Source of the DNA: Mycolicibacterium smegmatis
Lineage (GTDB): Bacteria; Actinomycetota; Actinomycetes; Mycobacteriales; Mycobacteriaceae
DNA length: 32,000 nt
Direction: 5' to 3'
Assembly: GCF_001457595.1 (NCBI RefSeq)
Contig: NZ_LN831039.1
Span: forward strand, 5,610,001-5,642,000
Shown: positions 25,837-32,000 of the stretch, in pieces
Layout: each line of letters starts with the position of its first letter
Numbering within the stretch: position 1 is the stretch's first letter
Program-made: the position numbers and the translations under genes
The notes under the pieces: model-generated
The model's input: only the letters and a program-made list of their open reading frames with translations
Told to the model about the DNA's origin: nothing
Database searches by the model: none

Positions 25837-27274
25837 GCGCGATGTACTTGGTGTCGAGGTACTCCTCGATGCCCTCGATACCGCCTTCGCGCCCGAACCC
25901 GGATTCCTTGATGCCGCCGAAAGGTGCTGCCGGATCGGAGATCACACCACGGTTGATCCCGACCATGCCGGACTGGATCGTCTCGGCCACGCGCAGCGCA
26001 CGGTCGAGCGACTGCGTGTAGATGTAGGCGGCCAGGCCGTATTCGGTGTCGTTGGCCGCGGCGATGCCTTCTTCCTCGGTGTCGAATCCGGTGATCGGCG
26101 CGACGGGCCCGAACACCTCCTCTTTGAGGATGCGCGCGTCGGCGGGCACGTCGGCCAAAACGGTCGCGGGGTAGAAGTTGCCCGGGCCGCCCGGTGCGAC
26201 GCCGCCGACCGCGACCGTCGCGCCGCGTGACACCGCGTCGGAGACGAGCTCGGTGACCGTGGCGACCTGCTTGGAGTTGATCAGCGGTCCCAGCGTCGAC
26301 GACGGGTCGAGGCCCTTGCCGAGGGTGAACTCGCTCATGCGCTTGACGAGCTTCTCGGTGAACTCCTCGCGCACCGAGTTGGCGACGTGGAACCGGTTGG
26401 CCGCGGTGCACGCCTCGCCGCCGTTGCGCATCTTGGCCAGGATCGCGCCGTCGACGGCCGCGTCGACGTCGGCGTCGTCGAACACGATGAACGGCGCGTT
26501 GCCACCCAGTTCCATCGAGGTCCGCAGCAGTTTGTCCGCGGACTGCTTGACCAGCGCCTTGCCCACACCGGTCGAGCCGGTGAACGTGAGCTTGCGCAGC
26601 CGGCCGTCGTCGATGAGCGCGCCCGTGACCCCGCGCGGGTTGCTGGTGGGCAGCACCGACAGGACGCCCTTGGGCAGCCCGGCCTCGTCCATGAGCTTGG
26701 CCAGCAGCAGCATGGTCAGCGGGGTTTCCTGTGCGGGCTTGACGATCATGGTGCAGCCGGCCGCGAACGCCGGGCCCATCTTGCGGGTGCCCATGGCCAG
26801 CGGGAAGTTCCACGGCGTGATCGCGTAGCACGGGCCGACGGCCTGCTTGGTCACCAGGATCCGTCCGGTGCCCGCGGGCGCGTGCGTATAGCGGCCGTCG
26901 ATGCGCACGGCCTCCTCGGAGAACCAGCGGAAGAACTCGGCGCCGTAGGCCACCTCGCCCTTGCTCTCGGGCAGCACCTTGCCCATCTCGAGCGTCATCA
27001 GCGCGGCGATGTCGTCGGCACGCTCGGTGATCTTCTCGAAGACCGACCGCAGGATCTCGCCCCGCGTGCGCGCAGGCGTCGCGGCCCACTCGTCCTGCAC
27101 GGCGCATGCCGCGTCGAGTGCGGCGATCGCATCCTCGGCGGTGGCATCGGCGACCGCGGTGATCACCTGATCGTCGCTCGGATCGAGCACGTTGAACGTC
27201 GACGCGGCCTTCTGCTCCTCACCACCGATCCACAGTCCGGTGGGGACGGATGAAATCAGGTCTTCGATGCGCAT
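25826..27274 (-). CDS. gabD: NAD(P)+-dependent succinate-semialdehyde dehydrogenase (aldehyde dehydrogenase superfamily)
   Basis: This 482-aa ORF appears collinear with my memory of E. coli GabD: [70 protein letters not shown] (catalytic Glu), GEACTAANR (catalytic Cys) and EEVFGPVAP. Confidence 0.8.
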   Translation of the reverse strand: MRIEDLISSVPTGLWIGGEEQKAASTFNVLDPSDDQVITAVADATAEDAIAALDAACAVQDEWAATPARTRGEILRSVFEKITERADDIAALMTLEMGKVLPESKGEVAYGAEFFRWFSEEAVRIDGRYTHAPAGTGRILVTKQAVGPCYAITPWNFPLAMGTRKMGPAFAAGCTMIVKPAQETPLTMLLLAKLMDEAGLPKGVLSVLPTSNPRGVTGALIDDGRLRKLTFTGSTGVGKALVKQSADKLLRTSMELGGNAPFIVFDDADVDAAVDGAILAKMRNGGEACTAANRFHVANSVREEFTEKLVKRMSEFTLGKGLDPSSTLGPLINSKQVATVTELVSDAVSRGATVAVGGVAPGGPGNFYPATVLADVPADARILKEEVFGPVAPITGFDTEEEGIAAANDTEYGLAAYIYTQSLDRALRVAETIQSGMVGINRGVISDPAAPFGGIKESGFGREGGIEGIEEYLDTKYIALTK

Positions 27275-27311
27275 ACATCCATCATGTACACCCTCGACAC
27301 GTTCACCGCAC

Positions 27312-27317
27312 TAAGGT
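27312..27317 (+). promoter_or_regulatory. Candidate -10 hexamer TAAGGT (TANNNT) placing the pgi transcription start (TSS) at or 1 nt before its ATG
   Basis: The hexamer ends 7 nt before the pgi ATG (27325). There is no SD in the 50-bp gabD-pgi divergent spacer. Mycobacterial leaderless mRNAs typically show this geometry. Confidence 0.3.
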
Positions 27318-27324
27318 CGACACA

Positions 27325-28970
<1,646 letters not shown>

Positions 28971-28974
<4 letters not shown>

Positions 28975-29546
28975 GCTTCGGCGTCGGCTTCTGCGTCCGA
29001 ACGCCTGGTCCAGCCCAGGATCATCGCGGGCAGGCAGCTGCCGATCATCAAGGCCGCCAAGGCCATCAGCGCACCGGCATAGGCCAGGTCGCGGATGGTC
29101 TTGGCGTCGGCGCCGGTCAGCTGCGTCGACACGATGATCAGGAAGAAGATCGGTACCAGCATCAGCGACTGGATGACGGTCAGCCCGATGGACCGTGCGC
29201 TGTTGCGCTGCGCGATCTCATATTCGTCGAGTGTCGCACTGGGAGCGTCACTTTGACGCCCCAGCACAATCTGCAACATCAACCAGACCGGGAAGAACAC
29301 TGCGACCGCAGGCAGCCACATCAACGCGGCCTGCCGAAAACCCGTGGCGCACAACACACTCGTGATCACCATGAGTGCGAGCGAGGCGGCCAGCACACCG
29401 ACGAGCAGGCGGCGACGGCCCTGTGTGCGCCAGCCGGGCAGCGAGTTGGCGTATGTGCTCTGGTGTTTGAGAAAGCGGCCCGTCCGGTGGTCCTGGTACC
29501 GGTCGATGAGCGTCGGCTTCGGGGTGGTGCGCGTCGATCTAGTCAT
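28971..29546 (-). CDS. Hypothetical 4-TM membrane protein, translationally coupled to the upstream XRE regulator
   Basis: The protein is 191 aa from the ATG at 29546 ([11 protein letters not shown]...). That ATG overlaps the regulator stop by 8 nt (ATGACTAG). There are four hydrophobic helices with a [13 protein letters not shown] loop between TM2 and TM3. Its TAA stop overlaps the pgi TAG stop (ttag, 28971-28974). Confidence 0.65.
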
Positions 29547-29829
29547 CAGCACTTCCTTCCGGTTGGCCCGTTCTCCCATAGAGCTCGGTGGACAGCGGAG
29601 TGAAGGCGGTGCGTGAGAACACCGCCTCCACCGGCAGGCCGAACACGTCGCAGATGCGGAACGCCAGATCGAGGCTGGGGTAATGGTCGCCTCGCTCCAG
29701 CGCTCCGACCGTCTGCGGATTGACGTTGATCAGGCCCGCAAGCTCCGCTCGGCTCATCCGCCGCTCGGCGCGTAGCACCGCGATGCGGTTGTAGATGGGG
29801 AGAGTTTCCCCGCGCCTCACCGGACTCAT
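29539..29829 (-). CDS. Small XRE/HTH_3-family transcriptional regulator (YozG-like)
   Basis: The protein is 96 aa from the ATG at 29829. IYNRIAVLRAERRMSRAELAGLINVNPQTVGALERGDHYPSLDLAFRICDVFGLPVEAVF is a canonical Cro/C1-type HTH. The upstream 57 codons in the track (to 30000) overlap the repeat-gene region and are not HTH-like. Confidence 0.8.
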   Translation of the reverse strand: MSPVRRGETLPIYNRIAVLRAERRMSRAELAGLINVNPQTVGALERGDHYPSLDLAFRICDVFGLPVEAVFSRTAFTPLSTELYGRTGQPEGSADD

Positions 29830-29832
29830 GCA

Positions 29833-29865
29833 ACACATTGTTGGGAAAACCCAACAATGTGTCAA
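29833..29865 (-). promoter_or_regulatory. Sigma-A-like promoter TTGACA-N17-AACAAT with an embedded perfect 13-bp inverted repeat (candidate autoregulatory operator); leaderless XRE start
   Basis: The palindrome ACACATTGTTGGG-aaaa-CCCAACAATGTGT spans 29833-29862. On the minus strand, TTGACA (29865-29860), a 17-nt spacer and AACAAT (29842-29837) are followed by 7 nt and then the ATG at 29829. The palindrome therefore covers the spacer and the -10 element. Confidence 0.5.
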
Positions 29866-29917
29866 CATGATCCATGGAATTGTTTGGCCGTCCGAAAGGA
29901 AGTTGCTGTTCAGGCCC

Positions 29918-30328
29918 TTACGGGGCGGGGATGGTGGCGCATCCGACGTTCGGGATGCAACCGCTGGCGCCACCGGGTCCGGCCGTACCACCCGGGCCAC
30001 CGGGGATCACGCCGGTCGCACCGTCAGGTCCGGCGGTACCGGCCGGTCCACCGGGGATGGAGCCCGTTGCGCCGTCGGGTCCTGCGGCACCTCCCGGACC
30101 ACCGGGGATGGCACCGCTGGCGCCGCCCGGTCCGGCCGTGCCACCCGGACCACCGGGGATCTGACCGGTCGCGCCGCCGGGACCGGCGGTGCCGATGTCC
30201 GAGCACGGTGTGCCGTCAGCGTTGACACACGGCGGCGGGGCCGGCTCGGCCATCGCCATGGGAGCAAAGGCCAGAGCCCCTGCCGCCGCGCCTGCAAAAA
30301 TCATCGAGGTGAGCGTCTTTGAGGTCAT
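29918..30328 (-). CDS. Small secreted Gly/Pro/Ala/Thr-rich protein built from 17-residue tandem repeats, with paired cysteines at both ends
   Basis: This is a 136-aa ORF. The Sec-type signal peptide is MTSKTLTSMIFAGAAAGALAFAPMAMA|EP. Next come CVNADGTPC, then 4.3 copies of TAGP[GD]GA[ST]GxIPGGP[GA]G, and the end is GCIPNVGCATIPAP. The strand choice rests on the signal peptide and co-orientation with its neighbours. There is no convincing SD. Confidence 0.6.
   Translation of the reverse strand: MTSKTLTSMIFAGAAAGALAFAPMAMAEPAPPPCVNADGTPCSDIGTAGPGGATGQIPGGPGGTAGPGGASGAIPGGPGGAAGPDGATGSIPGGPAGTAGPDGATGVIPGGPGGTAGPGGASGCIPNVGCATIPAP
29957..30190 (-). repeat. 51-nt (17-codon) tandem repeat, about 4.3 copies
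   Basis: The units are TAGPGGATGQIPGGPGG, TAGPGGASGAIPGGPGG, AAGPDGATGSIPGGPAG, TAGPDGATGVIPGGPGG and the partial TAGPGGASGC. All six reading frames are open across 30024-30164 (ORF track), a consequence of GGN/CCN periodicity. Confidence 0.8.
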
Positions 30329-30378
30329 GCATGAGGTCTACCCAGCCTTCACGCATGTCGAAACGCACAACAGGCGAA

Positions 30379-31128
30379 CTATGCGAAGCGCTTGGTGTAC
30401 TTAGGTGGCAACAGCCGCATGACCTGGGTCAGCGGCGCCCACGGCCAGCGCGGCACGACGGCGCGCCCCTTCTCCTTCTCGATGGCCTCGACCATGGCGC
30501 GCACGCCGGTCTCGTTGTCGACCATGAGCATCGTCGAGTTGGCCTTGGCCGTCATCTCGGATTCGATGTACCCCGGTTCGACGACCGTGACCCTGATGGG
30601 GCCCTTGTCGTACTCCGCGCGCAGGGACTCGCCCAGCGACGTCATACCGGCCTTGCTCGCACAGTAGGCGGCCTTGCCGCCGGGGACACCCGTGTTGCCC
30701 AGCACCGAGGAGATCAGCACCAGGTGTCCACCGCCTGCCTTCTTGAACATCTCCAGTGCGGCCTCGATCTGCACCAGACCGGCGACCAGGTTGGTCTCGA
30801 GCGTGGCCTTGTTGGCCCACGGCTTGCCCTCGCCCAGCGGCCAGCCCTTGCCGATGCCCGCGTTGACGATGACGCGGTCGATACCGCCGAGTTCCTCGGA
30901 CAGTTCGTTGAACACCCGGGGCACGGCCTCGTGATCGTTGACGTCCAGCGCGGCGATGGCCACCTTGATGTACGGGTGTCGGTCGGCGATCTCGGCCTTG
31001 AGCTCCTCCAGACGATCCGTGCGGCGCGCGCACAGCGCCAGGTTGCGGCCTCTGGCTGCGAATTGACGGGCCATACCGGCGCCCAGGCCTGAGCTGGCAC
31101 CGGTGATGAGGATGTTCTGACGGGTCAC
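30379..31128 (-). CDS. Short-chain dehydrogenase/reductase (classical SDR), Rv0945-like
   Basis: This is a 249-aa ORF with a GTG start at 31128. It has the cofactor motif ITGASSGLGAGMA, NAG (VIVNAGIG) and the catalytic S...YCASK. It lies next to the fpg/nei gene, as in M. tuberculosis. Confidence 0.9.
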   Translation of the reverse strand: MTRQNILITGASSGLGAGMARQFAARGRNLALCARRTDRLEELKAEIADRHPYIKVAIAALDVNDHEAVPRVFNELSEELGGIDRVIVNAGIGKGWPLGEGKPWANKATLETNLVAGLVQIEAALEMFKKAGGGHLVLISSVLGNTGVPGGKAAYCASKAGMTSLGESLRAEYDKGPIRVTVVEPGYIESEMTAKANSTMLMVDNETGVRAMVEAIEKEKGRAVVPRWPWAPLTQVMRLLPPKYTKRFA

Positions 31129-31134
31129 CGCAGC

Positions 31135-31161
31135 AGGATAACCGGGTTAGACAACTGTCAA
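31135..31161 (-). promoter_or_regulatory. Candidate promoter TTGACA-N15-TATCCT placing the TSS on the GTG start of the SDR gene (leaderless)
   Basis: The minus strand reads TTGACA (31161-31156), 15 nt, TATCCT (31140-31135, a TANNNT match), 6 nt (GCTGCG), then GTG (31128). The 15-nt spacer is short, so confidence is low. Confidence 0.3.
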
Positions 31162-31172
31162 GAATCCGCCCG

Positions 31173-32000
31173 CTATTTGAGCAGGCGCGACATCCGCCGG
31201 TCGGCCAGCACCTTACCGCCGGTCTGGCAGGTCGGGCAGTACTGGAAGGACTTGTCGGCGAACGAGACCTCCCGCACGGTGTCGCCGCACACCGGGCACG
31301 GCAGGCCGGTGCGCGCGTGGACCCGTAGGCCCGAGCGTTTCTCGCCCTTCAACGTCGCGGCCTGCTGCCCCACCGAGCGGCTCACGGCATCGGTGAGCAC
31401 CGTGATCATGGCGTCGTGCAGCGCACCGAGTTGCGCATCGGTGAGCTTGCCCGCGGTCGCGAACGGCGACAGCTTGGCCACGTGCAGGATCTCGTCACTG
31501 TAGGCGTTGCCGATGCCCGCCATCACCTTCTGGTCGGTGATCACGGTCTTGATGCGCCCGGAGTTGCCCGCGAGCACCCCGGCCAGGGCCGTCGAATCCA
31601 GCGACAGCGCGTCGGGACCGAGACTCGCGATCTGCGGGACGTCCATCGGATCGCGGACCACCCACACCGCGAGCCGCTTCTGCGTGCCCGCCTCGGTGAG
31701 GTCGAAGCCCTGGGAGTCCCCCAAATGCACGCGCAGGGCGATCGGCCCCTTCCCCGGCTTGAGCGGCGTGGGTGCGAGTTTGTCCGACCACCGCAGCCAC
31801 CCCGCGCGTGACAGGTGCGTGATGAGGTGCAGCGGCGCGCCGCCGGATTCGACTTCCATACCGAGGTACTTGCCCCAGCGATGGGCCGCCGTGACGGTGC
31901 TGCCGTGCAGCGCCGCGACCGGCGGATCGAACGTCTTGAGCACCGACAACGCGGACACGTCGACGCGTGACACCACCCGGCCGACCGCGTGCCGGCGCAG
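31173..32000 (-). CDS. Fpg/Nei-family DNA glycosylase/AP lyase (Rv0944-like); the N-terminus lies beyond the right window edge
   Basis: The frame is open to nt 32000 (...LRRHAVGRVVSRVDVSAL). The H2TH region reads IKTVITDQKVMAGIGNAYSDEILHVAKLSP. The C-terminal zinc finger is CPVCGDTVREVSFADKSFQYCPTCQ. The GTG start at 31976 in the track is internal, because the catalytic N-terminal PELPEV segment is missing from the window. Confidence 0.85.
   Translation of the reverse strand: MRRHAVGRVVSRVDVSALSVLKTFDPPVAALHGSTVTAAHRWGKYLGMEVESGGAPLHLITHLSRAGWLRWSDKLAPTPLKPGKGPIALRVHLGDSQGFDLTEAGTQKRLAVWVVRDPMDVPQIASLGPDALSLDSTALAGVLAGNSGRIKTVITDQKVMAGIGNAYSDEILHVAKLSPFATAGKLTDAQLGALHDAMITVLTDAVSRSVGQQAATLKGEKRSGLRVHARTGLPCPVCGDTVREVSFADKSFQYCPTCQTGGKVLADRRMSRLLK

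Noticed and set aside
25629-27107. A 492-aa minus-strand ORF overlapping gabD in another frame.
   Set aside because: It is on the same strand as gabD but out of frame. It is Arg/Gly/His/Asp-rich. The gabD frame appears collinear with my memory of E. coli GabD and includes the catalytic Glu and Cys motifs.
29874-30164. A plus-strand 96-aa Pro-rich ORF (PPGPAVPPGPPGI repeats), plus two other plus-strand ORFs across the repeat.
   Set aside because: They are mirror images of the GGN-rich minus-strand repeat. They have no signal peptide or SD and oppose the orientation of all neighbouring genes. The minus-strand frame has a Sec signal peptide and paired cysteines. GC3 does not clearly discriminate the strands, so this rejection is provisional.
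29957-30190. The idea that the Gly/Pro repeat encodes a collagen-like triple helix, an RTX beta-roll or a PGRS domain.
   Set aside because: Gly does not recur every third residue, because the period is 17 aa. The GGxGxDxUx nonapeptide is not maintained. There is no PE domain upstream. The protein is therefore left unclassified.

Overview
This is a high-GC actinobacterial chromosome segment. Gene content and order point to a fast-growing mycobacterium, probably Mycolicibacterium smegmatis or a close relative; that is inferred, not searched. I can support 30 tightly packed protein-coding genes on both strands. I found no rRNA or tRNA genes, CRISPR array, transposase, integrase or prophage remnant. 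The backbone is the conserved mycobacterial housekeeping block: purH, purN, perM, 34-kDa antigen homologue, LLM oxidoreductase, sucD-sucC, M23 peptidase, uvrD1, chorismate mutase, pgi, SDR and fpg/nei. From memory, this matches M. tuberculosis Rv0957 back to Rv0944. Five small lineage-variable islets interrupt it: (1) an orphan sfnG-type monooxygenase; (2) a thiolase-fold/OB-fold fusion, a TetR regulator and an S9 peptidase; (3) a membrane protein followed by an ABC importer translationally chained to an AsfA/AsfB-like flavoprotein-ferredoxin pair; (4) an AT3-SGNH acyltransferase, a FUSC-family protein and gabD; (5) a secreted Gly/Pro tandem-repeat protein, an XRE regulator and a 4-TM protein. 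I recognise no defence or mobile system. The items most worth a second look are the transporter-AsfAB-like operon (15207-19731), the secreted 17-residue-repeat protein (29918-30328), the XRE/membrane pair whose perfect palindrome sits on its own promoter, the cysteine-less thiolase-fold fusion with its TetR operator array, and a RecA-NDp (PafBC-type) promoter match in front of uvrD1. Many long ORFs in the track are antisense or out-of-frame artefacts of the high GC content and were rejected. Start codons were refined by eye from Shine-Dalgarno (SD) sites, overlaps and remembered homologues, and remain provisional.
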